Of a stretch of 64,000 nt of DNA, positions 1 through 13,834 are shown piece by piece. The DNA is from the human T2T-CHM13v2.0 reference genome, Homo sapiens, in the NCBI RefSeq assembly GCF_009914755.1, contig NC_060929.1. One strand, written 5' to 3'. Under the pieces are notes generated by a model. The model searched no databases. It had not been told where the DNA came from and was given only the letters and a program-made list of their open reading frames with translations. How positions within the stretch are numbered: the first letter of the stretch is position 1; every line of letters begins with the position of its first letter. The translations under genes were made by a program, and so were the position numbers.

Positions 1-650
1 TCTTCTGCAAATAGAAAGTATACACTCTAAGCAAAATATTAAAAAAAACCCAGCTATCCAAAGGCACTAGGCGTTATCTCATAGCAAGCTGATCCTGGAA
101 GAAGATGAACACTTGCATGACAGAAACAGCATAAGAGGAGTTTCCCACCTTTTATGGCTTTCAGCCTGAGGTGAGACTTCAGATTAATCAGGGGCAACAA
201 CTAAGACTCAAATAGAAGCCTATCATCTTACTGGCTTAAAGACAGAGTACAGATCCAGTACAACCATAGAAGCTGAAAAGTGAAGGAGAAAATCCTGGAA
301 AAAGAAAGTTAGACAGGGAGAGCTCCAAATTCTGTGTCTGCCCAAATGTCTGGTAAATTCCAGAGTTATGCATGCATGAGACAGACTCTAAGCATTACAG
401 CTTAGGCTAAAAAAACGGAACTGAATTTTCAGTTGTTGACCATTGCAAGGGAGACAGAGTTTGAAGATCGAGATTTGCCTAATTAACTGCCTGGTTAAAA
501 AAGCAATGAAACAAAAATTTATAATCTTCAGAGTAATATAAGAGAATCTGTAGTCTTTTCATTGGATAATTTGCAATGCCCAAGACATAATCCTAAATTA
601 CTTTACACATGAAAAAACAGAAAATGTTATCCACAGGAGAAAAAGATTTT
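1..650 (+). mobile_element. Old L1M-type 5'-end/ORF1-proximal fragment
   Basis: A-rich sequence resembling L1ME/MD 5' ends (ggagctccaaattctgtgt...gcatgcatgagacagactctaagca...cacatgaaaaaacagaaaatgt); recalled similarity only. Confidence 0.5.
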
Positions 651-949
651 ATAAATAAGGAAAGTAACATAAAGTCATGTAATTTAGCTAAGGTTTGATA
701 GCTAGTGAAAACCAGTGCCAAACCTTGAAATCTGGTCTTCTAACTCTAAATCCCACTTTCTTTTCACTTCTTTAAATCTGTTCCATCTCTAAAATTTTAT
801 GTCAGTGTGATATATTTCTTCCAATTCAATAAAAATATCTTGCTCTGATTAAAGCTGGTCAAAAAAGTACTAATCATTAATACTGTTACCGTAAAAGCAT
901 ATTTCAAAATACTCATTTTATGTGTTCTCCCCAAATTCTGTCCATTGTG

Positions 950-1397
950 TAACCATTTATCTTCTTTGCCTTGCTAATTGCAGTCCAGTTTTGTTCAGTC
1001 TGGGATATCATTCAACTAAATGCTGTACTAACTTTCCTAGCCTCCTATGCAGTTATGGGGTGCCATGTAGCCCAGTTCTAGAAATAAAGACATAAATAGA
1101 AATCGGTTATTTATGAAACTTTTACTGACACTGTTCTCACTCACTTACTGCATTGAAAATAGACATTACATCTGGTCTACAAAAGGAACAGTCTTTTAAC
1201 CATGATGTAAAACACCTGGGTAGAGCTAGAATATAAAAGATTCTTAGTCTCTAATATCAAATCTAAGCATGTGAATCAATGACAGCAAATGCCTTCCTCT
1301 AGACTGTTTGTTATGTGAGGTAAACAAAACCTAATTTGCTTCATTGACTGTAATGAAGAATTCTGTTGCTTGCAGCCAGATACATTCCAAATTGACA
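950..1397 (+). mobile_element. ERVL-type solo LTR (LTR16-like), diverged
   Basis: ttcctagcctcctatgcag...catgtagcccagttct motif; 3' end ctgttgcttgcagccagatacattcc. Confidence 0.5.
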
Positions 1398-2093
1398 ACT
1401 TCATAAGACAGATAAAACATGTATGGTCTCCTGCTTGAATCCTTGAAAGTCACTGGTGGTTCCTTTGTACTATATAAATCTAAGTATTATCTGCTTTAAG
1501 ATGAGCTGTAGCATTTCATGGGCAAAACCAGAAACATTATATTAAATGTTCATATATTTTATAAGACCTAGGTTTATTTTAGCAATGTTAAAATGTGTGT
1601 GTGTGGGCTTGGCAGGTAGGGGGAGTATTGCTTAAAATGACAATGAGCTACCACCACACACTAATTAGAATGTCTAAAAATTTTTTAAAACTTGGTAATA
1701 CAAATTGCTATCAATAATGAAGACAACAGAAACTGTGATTCATTCCTGGTGGGAATGCAAAATGGTAGCACCACTTTAGAACACAGTTTTATAGTTTTTT
1801 ATGATGCTAACCATACAGTCTTACTATACAATCTTGCAGTTGCACTCTTAGGTATACATCCAACTGATTTGAAAGCTATGTCTGCCCAAAAACCTGCATG
1901 TGAATGTTTATAGCAGCTTTTTTCCTAATCACCAAAAAGTGGAAGCAGCCAAGATGACCTTCAATGGGTAAATAAACTGATACATCCATACAATGGGATA
2001 TTATCCAGTGATAAAAAGGAATGAGCTATTAGGCCACATAAAAACATAAATGAATATTAAATGCATGTGGCAAAGCAAAAGAAGCCAATCTGA

Positions 2094-2450
<357 letters not shown>

Positions 2451-2764
2451 CACAAAGTCAATTTTAATTTATACAAATTTAAAAAATAAATTAGGAGGTT
2501 GATGGATCCAGGGCAGAATGCTGAATGTGACAAAAGAACATAACTTTATTACAAATGTATGAAACTACCAGAGTAAGGAAGGTAGTGGGGAAAAGTGCTG
2601 ACCCAAGTAATTGGAAATGAGTGGAGACTGTAAGACTAAAAGCAAAATAGATTGTATGTAAGAGCTGTATTCTACTTGATAAAGTTTTAATCCATGGTAG
2701 TACAGGTTAACAATTCTGAAACTCTTATAATGTATATTGGAATTGAACAAATAAGTAAACAGAT

Positions 2765-2769
<5 letters not shown>

Positions 2770-2801
<32 letters not shown>
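2770..2801. repeat. (GA)n microsatellite
   Basis: Directly visible run of AG dinucleotides. Confidence 0.95.
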
Positions 2802-2803
<2 letters not shown>

Positions 2804-4395
2804 AGATAAACAAAGAATAAGCTACAATGATTCATGTAGCAATGGATTCCAAATATAAATATATATGGATACGTAAAGAAATTCCTATAGATGTATGTAT
2901 ATATACAAGTTAATGTGCACAAATATATTTTCTTTCTCTACCAGCTGATAGGGTCTCATGGCAAGAGCAAATCCAGCACCCATTTTTAGTTTTTAATACC
3001 ATCTTCCTATGAATAGAAACAGAGCTCCATGGAGAAATGGCTAATTCTAGGTCTGAAGCAGCCAATATGTGTGATGGGCCTGGAACGTATTGTGGTGGCA
3101 AGTCCTCAAAAAATAAAATAAATTGATGGGGACATATCAAAGGGACCTCAGAGCAACTGAAGGAGCTCCCAGTGACCAAAGCTGGAATAATTTAAGAAAC
3201 AAAATCAATGGCTTCAAGTCAGATTATAACCCAAATATAAAATATCTATGAGTTCATATTGATATAAGTAAATGGCTGAATGAATGAACAGAGGACAATA
3301 GACATATCTTCTATGTAGCTATTCCCCTCTCAGGGAGGTAAAGCAAATGTCCCACACATTGAGTAGGGGTTGCACAGAGTGACTTTCTTCTAAAATCGTA
3401 CAGTATGTAAACGGGGAAAAAGAAATAACTCTATAGTGGAGAAATCTGGCAGTCACTACTCAGCAGAGTCATCCAGGTTAATATCATCAGTGAGAAGTCA
3501 TGTTGATAGCATGCACCTTGATCAGAATGATGATCAGAGGTGATCAGAATGGTGCTTCACCTCTGTGCTCTTTTTCCTGAGAACCCATAGCTCCATTTTA
3601 ATCATGACAAAAACATCAGACAAACCCAAGTTGAGAGACATTCTGCATAATTCCTAGCCAGTACTATTCAAAATTGTCAAGATGATCAAAAAAGTCTGAT
3701 AAAAAAAGAAAATCTGAGAAACTGTCACAATCTAGAGGAGGCTAAGGAGACTTGTCAACTAAATGTAATATTGTATTCTGGATAGGATCCTGAAACAGAA
3801 AAAAAAATTAGGTAAAAACTAAGGAAACCAAATAATGTATGGACTTTAATTTAAAAGATCTATATGTTGGCTTACTAGTGACAAATGTCTTATACCAGTG
3901 CAAGATGTGGACAATAGTAGAAACTAGGTGTGGGGTATAGAGGAACAGTCTGTACAATCTTTAGAACTCTTTTGTAAATTCAAAAATATTCTAAAAAACG
4001 TTTATTTAAAAATGCATGTGTGTGGAGAGGGGAAGCACTTCTTAAAATCTAGGTAATACAGTGTTTAGGGTTTTGTTAGGTCCTGTTGTTTTGCTAAAGA
4101 GAAGTAGTTGGTTCAGAACTTGTTAAATGATCATCAGTCAGCACTTTAATATCTTATATCTTCTCAGGAAACTGTTTTTGTATTTCTTCCAATTTGTCAC
4201 GTCAATAATCCCAAGAGCAGGACTAATTTGCCTTGTGTTCAGGTAGACAGAATTAGAAACATGATCAATGTGGTGGTTACTGAAATAAAACTTGACCTTT
4301 TCTCACAATCACAGACTTTTCTCTTGACTTGTGAGGAGATATTTCCCCAAGAAATAAAAGAACTTTTATACTTCATAAAATAAAAAGAGGAAATA

Positions 4396-4707
<312 letters not shown>

Positions 4708-5719
4708 TTAAATCATTTTAATAAAAAAATAAGCTATTGAATGCAATTCAGCATTTTAAAATGTTTGGAATTCAAGTAATCTTTGTAGCAAAATTGATAA
4801 AAGCAAAAATAAGAACTGAAAAGCATGCCAAAAATTGGGGAGATATAAATACTATAGCACCAAGCAGGGAATCTGCTTAATATGACGATGAATGCTCCAA
4901 AAGCCTGTATTTCTTCTACTTCTTTCCTCTTCCTTATAATTTCTTTCTTTTTCACCTCATGGTTTCCATTAGGAAGTAGTCTAATTTGAAGTCTAATACC
5001 TTAGCATCTAGTAGCGGTTTGCAAAATACAAAGTTAAGGTGGTAGGACACAAAAATGAGCTGTTTTACTTTGTGTTCATGCTTTTGGTAAGAGCACTACT
5101 GTAGAACCAGAGAGTTATTATAGAAAGTCTCAACTATTCCATATCTATTTGCTATCAAGACAGTGTTGTGTGCATACACATGCACATGCATGCACTTACA
5201 CATGCACATGCCATACTGCAAACACACACACACCACACTGCTCATGTGTGTCAACAGGCTAGCTGCAGGTACTCAGTATGCTGAGGGCACAAAAGGGAAT
5301 GGACAGTTGCATTTCATTCAGAGTCAGCTAAGTGGCGTATATAGGATACATTTATCAGATTTCTGTGCCAATTGTTTGCTGAGACTTTGAGAGAATAGAG
5401 CACATGACAGTTAAGTTTTAGTGTAAGAAAGTGTGATTGTTGTAAGCAGGCTTAGGGACCATAAGGAATTGCCCAAGAGGGAAATTCGGGGTATGAAGTT
5501 AGCATGAGAATCCCTGAATATTCAGGGGGCAGCAGTACAAGGCTTTATAACAAATGTCAACAAGTGAAAAGCAGACACTTAGAATTAAACGCCACAAAGG
5601 CAAACATTCCATTTTCCATTTTTTTTAAGAAAAACTTGAGGGTGGTCTTGTAGACAGAGTAACTGATTTCAAGACAAGAATAGGATATTTTACCTTCCTT
5701 TGTCTCATATATGGCACAG

Positions 5720-5890
5720 AGAAAATGCCATTGCACCAGTAGTCAAGGAGCTGCTTCTAGTTTCAGTTCTGCCTCTAGTTTAACTTGTAACCTTGGAGAA
5801 AGCATCTTAATATTCTGACCTTAGTTTTCATTTTTTAAATAAAGACATTAGACTAGATGCTCTGTAAGTCCCTTCGAAATCTACTTTTCT
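5720..5890 (+). mobile_element. MIR-family SINE remnant
   Basis: Core-like gtaaccttggagaaagcatcttaatattctgaccttagttttcat...tagactagatg. Confidence 0.6.
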
Positions 5891-7015
5891 GAGGCTAGGA
5901 GGTTGATGTAACCATGTGATCAGATTTTTCAGATAGTTTCCCCAGAAAATTGGCACATGAAGAAAATGACTTTAGATATTCAGAATTCTGAATCTGCAAA
6001 TAAATAGATACATTTTAACATTTTGTCATTCCTATGCCCATTTTCCTCTATTTTCTTGTTGTAAATACAAAGATTATTTTCCACCAAACTGTTTCTCTTT
6101 TTCTCCAGTTAGTACATAGCTTCCCCTTTCCTTCATTCTTTGCTCCTAGCCCCAGAAAATGGAGTTGACGCCAGTTAAGATATTTGCAGGTTTTAGTCCA
6201 GACTCCAAGGCTTGAGGGCTCCAAGCAGTGGGGGACATTCCTATTTCTAGTGGCTTGGACTTACTCTGCTTCCTATTCATTGCACATATATTATCCTCAG
6301 AAGATTTTTGGAAGATCCCTTATTGGTCTCTAGGCCAGTTTGACCCCTTGGAAATATTCAGGATCATGCATTCCAACTTCTTGGAAGTATTTTTACAGCT
6401 AAATTGTGCTTTTGACTCTGTGACACTTTGAGTTTAGAATCTAAGACTGTTTAAGTGAGTAAGTTATGCATGGGACATGTTTTCCAGTTTCACACTTCTG
6501 TGCAGATCCATGACCATGTCAGCAGTAATGTCCTTCCTGACTGTGTTGGGGGCTTCTGAGGACAGTGAGCAGCCTGGCAAGCTGTTGGTCTTTCTCTGCC
6601 TGTTGTCTGTCAGCCTTGTCGCTGGAACATGGATAAGCATTGACAGAAATATTCTTTTTCACGAGAAACAGCTATTCAAAAGAAGAGGGAGAGCATTTCT
6701 ACACATCAGCCATTTCAGGGATTTTTCGATGACAGTTTGTTGAGTAGGATGTGGGTGATGTATTATATGAAGCTCATAACCACCAAGTTTTCAACTGACA
6801 AATTAACTAGAGGATTTTCTCAGTCATTAACTGCTTGACAGGTTGAGAGTGCAAACTGCTTTAGACTGATTTTTGCTGACAGACTCGTTAAGCTGTGACA
6901 CATCATGTCTCTAATGTCTTCATTCTCGTATAAAATGTTCATGTAAAATCCATACAAATGAAATGGCTTTATATGAAGAAATAGTAATATTTCAGCAGTC
7001 AACTTAAAAAGTACC

Positions 7016-7325
7016 TTTTTTTATTTTGTATTTTTTTTTTTTTGAGACAGAGTCTCGCTCTGTCGCACCGGCTGGAGTGCAGTGGCGCGATCTCGGCTCA
7101 CTGCAAGCTCTGTCTCCTGGGGGTCATGCCATTCTCCTGCCTCAGCCTCCCGAGTAGCTGGGACTACAGGCGCCCACCACCGCACCCGGCTAATTTTTTC
7201 TATTTTTAGTAGAGATGGGGTTTCACCATGTTAGCCAGGATGGTCTCGATCTCCTGACCTCATGATCTGTCCACCTTGGCCTCCCAAAGTGCTGGGATTA
7301 CAGGCGTGAGCCACCACACCCGGCC
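7016..7325 (-). mobile_element. AluY, full length
   Basis: AluY diagnostics ctgcaagctc, ttagccaggatggtctcgatctcc; TSD aaaaagtacct / aaaaactacct. Confidence 0.96.
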
Positions 7326-8059
7326 AAAAACTACCTTTGTATATTACATATGGAATTATTTTAAAAACAAGGACAAGGAAATCTACTAATTAAGCAAAAT
7401 ATATCCCTCATTTCCATAAGGGCAAGCATGGAATTTTAAATGATAAAATCATTGAGAGACCAAAACCTGGTGATTGATCTCTATCATTTATACCCCACAT
7501 CTAATGATTAGTGATCAAAAACAAAATTAGATAGCCTTTTAGTTTTCTTATTGTTTTTAAATTCTCTACAGACAATGCAACCCTTAGTGCCTGTACCTGA
7601 GAAGTCTTCTCTTACCCTTCTTCCTACCATTGGTATACCATGAGTCATGGAAGAGGCATAATTTTGAGAAATAGCATAATTAAGGTATACCCTTCTATTA
7701 TAGGTATAATGGTTCCTAACACATTGTTTAACAAAGAACTCAATTTTGCAAAAGAAATAGTTGGAGTACCTCCTCCATTTTCAAGGATATCTTAGAGAAA
7801 TCCATCTGTGTCAGTGAAACTGATTGAGCTCCTCATCCCTGAGCTGTTTCTTGCCTTCACTGGCACACACCTTGACTCTCCACTATTTAACACAAATTTT
7901 TTCTCTTTTATCTACTGTCTATTTCTCTGGGCTTCAGGATTTCTTTGTCTCATACTCCTACTGTTTCCTTTCTTTGCCTGCATTTCCTCTAAGATAAGAT
8001 AAGGATATAAACTCCTGCATGGCTAGAGACTTTGATTATTCGTTTGTACCCTCACTGCC

Positions 8060-8540
8060 TTAATTAGTAACAGACCATTACTGGGTTCCTATCACGTGGC
8101 TGTTGTAATGTTAGGCCCTTTATATTTATTATCTGTTAATTTTTTCAGTCATCAGAAAGAGCAGGCTTAATTATCCCAATTAAAGATTGAAAACCAAGAT
8201 TCAGAGATTAAGAAACATTCTCAAAGTCAACCAACCAGTAGGAGCTTGGATTAGAATGCAGGTGGATGTGACTCCAGTGATCAATTTTTTAAGTTCAAGG
8301 ATTTTGGTATCAGTTTTCTATGTAGTCTGATAATATGTAACATTATATATTATCAAGCATTTACTATGCTCTAGTCATGGTCTTATGTGTCTATTACATG
8401 TATATTATTCTACTTAATTCTCATAGCAATTGCCTGCCATAGGTATGAATACTTTGTTGAAGAAGTTAAGTGACTTTCCTATGGTCACACAGGCAGAAAG
8501 TGGCAATGCTTCAGAGCATTGCTCTGCAATCATGTGCCAC
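8060..8540 (-). mobile_element. Two adjacent MIR remnants
   Basis: Reverse MIR core motifs (gaaaaccaagattcagagattaag; gaagttaagtgactttcctatggtcacacag). Confidence 0.6.
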
Positions 8541-9659
8541 AGGATGCTAAGTCTTGGGCCAGTATTCCAGAGTAAATTTCATGTACAAAACTAGACATGC
8601 TCATGTACAACACTGACTGCTGTCATCAATAAGGAATAAGAGACAAATGACAACTGCAAATTCATAAATCATGGTTTTAAAGAAAATTTGTCCTTTCTAT
8701 TTTAGTTTGTTTCCAAAATGGCCCTAGCTCTATCCACAATGTGTTTATCAGGTGACTGGCTAGGTCTGGTTCATGAAGGGGTGAAAAAACAGGATTTTGT
8801 AATAGCCAAGTGCACTTGAATACCAAATGTGGGTTCTTCCAAGTCAGTCATTAGTTAATTGGTCTTTCCCTACCTAGTAATCTGGTCTAGTGTTTCCATC
8901 TACATTTAAATAACGCTACTTGTCCTGATGCTTTCAGTAGATGCTGCTATCCTATGATTATAAGGAAGCATTTATACATTTTTAAATAAATTGTACATTT
9001 GTAAAATTTTGAGTAAGAGGCTATAACTGTAGACATTGCAGCAAGAACAAATGCTTTTGGAAGCTAAATCTCATTGATTTAATGTAAAAGTGTTAAGAGA
9101 TAGGCATAAGGAAAATAACATTCCATTCTAAAACATTCCAAAATCAAACGTGTTGAGTATGTTATCTGTGGGTTTCTTTGAACAACAATGTATTTTACAA
9201 AATAGAATTAAAATCCAAATTGACACATGTATTTCTTCATGAAGAAAATGCTTGGCACTACTCCACATTTTGCCCCAAATGTTATTTTTTTTAACTTGGC
9301 AGCTGAATAGTTTAAAATCTTTCTAGTCAAATTGGGCTAGTATTAAATTATGCATGGGCTTAACCAAACACAGTTCATGTGTATGATACTTTCTGTTAGT
9401 GGAGATCTGAATGGTGGGAAGCCTTCCAAAATGCTTAATCAGAGAGTAATCACCCACACTAAAAGATGCTGGAGTTGCACATGGTGGTAATGTTTCACAC
9501 AGAGCTGCACAGGGCTGAGCTGCAAGTCATCACCACCCACACAGCTCATTCCAGCTCTGTTCATTGCTGCCCAGTCCATTTATGGGCAAGCCCTTCTCAC
9601 GGCTCTTGGGAAGTAGTCACACACCATTGATTCTCACTACTGGAGATTCTCCTGGAATC

Positions 9660-9860
9660 CATCTAGACACATCTGGGTTCGAATCCTGACTCTAGTAGTT
9701 AGCAATTCTCAGCCCTTGAGCAAGTCATTTAGCCTCTCTGATCCAGTATCTTCCCCCATTAAGGGAAGACAAGAATACTTACATGATTATCGTAAAGATT
9801 AACTATTTAGCACAGTGCTGGATGAGTAGCACATGCTCAATAACATAGATGATATTATTG
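9660..9860 (+). mobile_element. MIR SINE
   Basis: ctgggttcgaatcctgactct (B-box-like), ccttgagcaagtcatttagcctctctg core. Confidence 0.8.
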
Positions 9861-10503
9861 CCAACAGCAGAATTCCTATTTAATCCAAGGAGTTGCAATA
9901 TTGTTCTATTATTAAATATCATTTGAGAAGAAGATTCCACACATTTCTGGGTAACTCATCTTCATTTTTAATTTATGTATACATTTGTTTTCTCCTGCCA
10001 TATTAAAGATCTAATATGAATTATCATCATACCATGAGGAAACCTCAAAGGCTAATTCCTTATTATAAGTAAAACATTAAGGCATGCTCCATAAAAAAAT
10101 CTTCAGATAGTTCTTAAATACCCACAAGCAATTCACTGAAGAGTTGGACTAACAATGTTCTCAGGATCTGGATGGTATGCCTGTGACATATAGAGCTGAA
10201 GAGGCATGTCACAAATAAACACAGTTGCCTAAGTACTGACTGTGTGTCAGTCCGTGCACCCAATAAACTAGGCACAAAAATATACTCGGCACGATTATCA
10301 AGGCTGCTGGGCTGGCTGGGAAATGTGTAACTAATGTTTAGATTGTAACAAATTTATTATTTTAGGTAATACTCACATCTAATCTTTCTTCTCCCTCTGT
10401 TTTTGGTAGCCCCTTCTATTTCCTCCTAGAGATTCCATCAGCCTCCTACTCTCAAGCTACTCAGGGCCTTGGAGAAATTTCCTTTAGGCTGTTCTTGTCC
10501 CCA

Positions 10504-10797
10504 TGTATTAGCCTGCTATCATGCTGCTAATAAAGACATACCTGAGACTGGGTAATTTGTAAAGGAAAGAGGTTTAATTGACTCACAGTTCTGCAGGGCT
10601 GGGGAGACCTCAGCAAACTTACAATCATGGCAGAAGGGGAAACAAACACGTCTTACATGGTGACAAACAACAGGGCTTGTATAGGGGAACTCCCCTTTGT
10701 AAAACTATCAGAATTTGTGAGACTTATTCACTATCACAAGAACAGCATGGGAAAGACCCGCCCCCATGATTCAATTACCTCCCACCGGGTTCCTTCC
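10504..10797 (-). mobile_element. THE1-type MaLR LTR, truncated
   Basis: tgtattag...gctgctaataaagacatacctgagactgggtaattt...cccccatgattcaattacctcccacc. Confidence 0.9.
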
Positions 10798-11587
10798 TTA
10801 AAGGCAGGGTGGGACACTTCCATGAAACTGGCTGACAAATGCCTATGGATCTAAAACATTAGATTTAATTTCCAATGGTGAATTTCTAACTCTTCAGGAG
10901 ACCAGGCAAACAGCCATTTATACTCTGATCCTAAGGAGAATCCATTCCTCCTTATAGATCCCCATAGATGTGGTACCACAAAGACTGCTTTTCCTTAGAT
11001 ACAAATGAAGGCCTAGATAAAGCTGATTAAAATGGACAAAGTATTTAAGACTCTTCTTGTCGAAAACCAATCAATTATTAAAGTTATCTTTCTCTGAGAA
11101 TATTATGATGCTAAAGACTACCCATTTAGTAAAAATGCCTTAAAATTTGATTATTATGGTTGTTTCCAGCTATAGCTATATATCTCTCTGTAGAGAAGAT
11201 AGAGAAGACTAAAGAAGAGAAACACTTGTCATTCTGGCACTGTAATTGGAATTTGAAGGACTAGGACTCCTGTACTTGGAGCCAAGAATAGTCTTAGTGT
11301 GTGAACTTGTAATTTTTTGTCTTATCCTTAGCTGGTATACTTGAGTGAAAATCTTGTTCAAGTAATGGACTCAGAGTTCTTGCCCTGTGCAATAGGAACT
11401 TTCCAGTTGGCAGAGCTCTTTAAGGAGAGTTATTTACTTTCCAGATCCCCTGTCGTTATCATGTGTTTTTGCCTACAATGTTCATCAAAAAAGCAAAACA
11501 AACCCACAAAACACTTGCACTATTTTATAAAGCTATAAAGCTGACAGATAGGAAAAGAGAAAGGCAAGGTTTAGAAATGTTCTAACT

Positions 11588-12469
11588 TAGTGACAATCAA
11601 ACTTTTATACTCATAAACCCCCTAAAAGAATTTTTGAAAATATTCACACATTTTTTAGACATGTGAATATTTTTGTCATAAATTTTTGTCATAAGTTTAA
11701 ATAAATACAGAGTATAATTTCCTATATGTTGCAAATATTGACATTTAAAAATAAAATATCATTCTTTTTATGTATCCAGTAGCATTTAAATGCTACAGAC
11801 ATTTCATACCCAACAACATCCTTTAAAATATACACGAACAAACTTTTTAACAATCAGACATTTTGCAATATCTGTATGTATCTTTGAAATTGGATTTCCA
11901 TTCCATTTCCCACCTAGAATTTTATTCTAATATAGTATGACTTTATGTTTTAAAATCTTTTATTGATCACCTTCTCATACATTTCTGTAATTATGCACAT
12001 ACACAGTTAATTTTTCAATTTGTCATCATGAGGTTATAAGAATTAAAATGTTTTGCTTGATGAATGATCATTACAATCATTAATATATAATCAAAACAAT
12101 ATAGATGATATTATTACTAAGCAGAAAAAGTAAAATTTTGTTTTAAATATATCTCTTGAAACAAATGGAGTATGCTGTTTGTAGTTGTTGATTTATCCCT
12201 TGGTTTGGTGCCCTGGAGATTTGTACCCTTCACATAAGGTGCCATGTAAGATTCCTGACTAGTGTGGGTAGGCCTATTTCTTACAAAGTGGAAAAAGAGC
12301 TGTTGTGAAAGGTGGTGGGGAAGAAGAGGGACGACGAGTAAATTTTAGGAAAGAAAATACATAAAACACATGATATGTATCTTTGTAAAACTCTTCATGA
12401 CTGCCTGCTACTTGGAAGGTCTTCGAGAACACACAGGGCTACTCGTATCTGCCAGTTTGAAGACCACTG
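11588..12469. mobile_element. hAT (Charlie-like) non-autonomous DNA transposon relic
   Basis: Imperfect terminal inverted repeats tagtgacaatcaaact ... agtttgaagaccactg around an AT-rich interior. Confidence 0.45.
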
Positions 12470-13834
12470 CTCCTGTTCACAAAGACCTGCTCATTTTATA
12501 AAGGAGAACTTGAGGCCCAGAGAAATGAGCTAGGAAATGTGTTCAAGTTTCAAACAGTGAATAAGCAGCATGTCTGGGGCTCAAGTTGAAAGTCTGTAAG
12601 CATGTATCTCAGCATCCTTTATTCTATTCCACAAGAATAACATGGTCATTCTGACAGCAAGAGACCACTTACTTTTATCTTTGTGCTCATGCCCAGGTCT
12701 AGAATCACATTTTCACATTACCCAGGCAGTATTACTTGGAAACAAGATGATCTGACCGCTAGTTCTCTGCCATGATGTTCCATTGATCGTGTTATGGGAT
12801 TTAATTTGTCTTCTGTTTTAGACCTTTGATCCTTTAGTCTCCAAATATTCTGAAACTGATGTTTTCCCTGCAAGAGCTGGTATTTCCTACCATTCTTACT
12901 TTTTTTATTTTTTAAAGGGAGGAGCATTTTCATACTAAAAAGCTCAACTATACTACTGCAGGCTACATGAAACTCTCAACCGGCCTGGACAATCTATCCT
13001 TCTGAAAAACTGCTAAATTGTAACCACTATTATAAAAATAAACCCCAAAACTGCACAACAGACTGAAACTGATTTGTGATTTTCCTGAAACTGATTTGTA
13101 ACCTATCTGATATATTGTAAAAGTCACTTCTTTCCATCAAGCTACTATACTTACATTAATGCAACTGAAAACATCAGCTTTTACAACAGTTATTACAAAC
13201 ATTAAGTTTGCAATCAATAAACTCAGTTGGACCTTTTCCATGAACTTTTATCAGGCCAGATCTCTATCGTTTCTGTTTATGTAGCTAATTAAAGAAAAAA
13301 CCCCAAAATTGCAAAGACCTTATTTCACATTTTTTCCTATTAAATTTTATATTATCTTCAGGGCACTGTGATACATATTCTATGATTTGGAGCTATTTAT
13401 TGCTCGTGTTAATTTTCAGATATTGCATTTTATTTTACTAGTTAGATACTTTGGTGAATTTTCTGTTTTAAGAATTGGCTAAAATTAATGATTTTCATGT
13501 GCACTGAAAGGATGTTGACATGGACGTTAGAGGTCTGAGAAACACAGCCCTGATGCCTGCCTGCCCTAAAATAACATAGAAGAATATCATTTACCATGGT
13601 ATCTTTAGGATGCTGAGATTTTCCCTGTCTGGAGTTTCAGAATAGCTTGTAACTTCAGGCAAACAGAGTTTCTTCCCATTTTTCTCAATATCACTTTGAC
13701 TCCCTTTTAACATGGACTTAAAATTCCCAGAAATAATAGCTCCCTTCTTGGCTTTACCCTTCGTTTACTCCTTTTTGAGGAAATTGGAAGTGTAGCTGAA
13801 TGCAGTTTAAGATTTTCCACCATTCTCTCTGGTG

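Noticed and set aside
6477-6743. 88-aa hydrophobic ORF in unique sequence
   Set aside because: No promoter or splice context and no recognisable family. Its length is within chance expectation.
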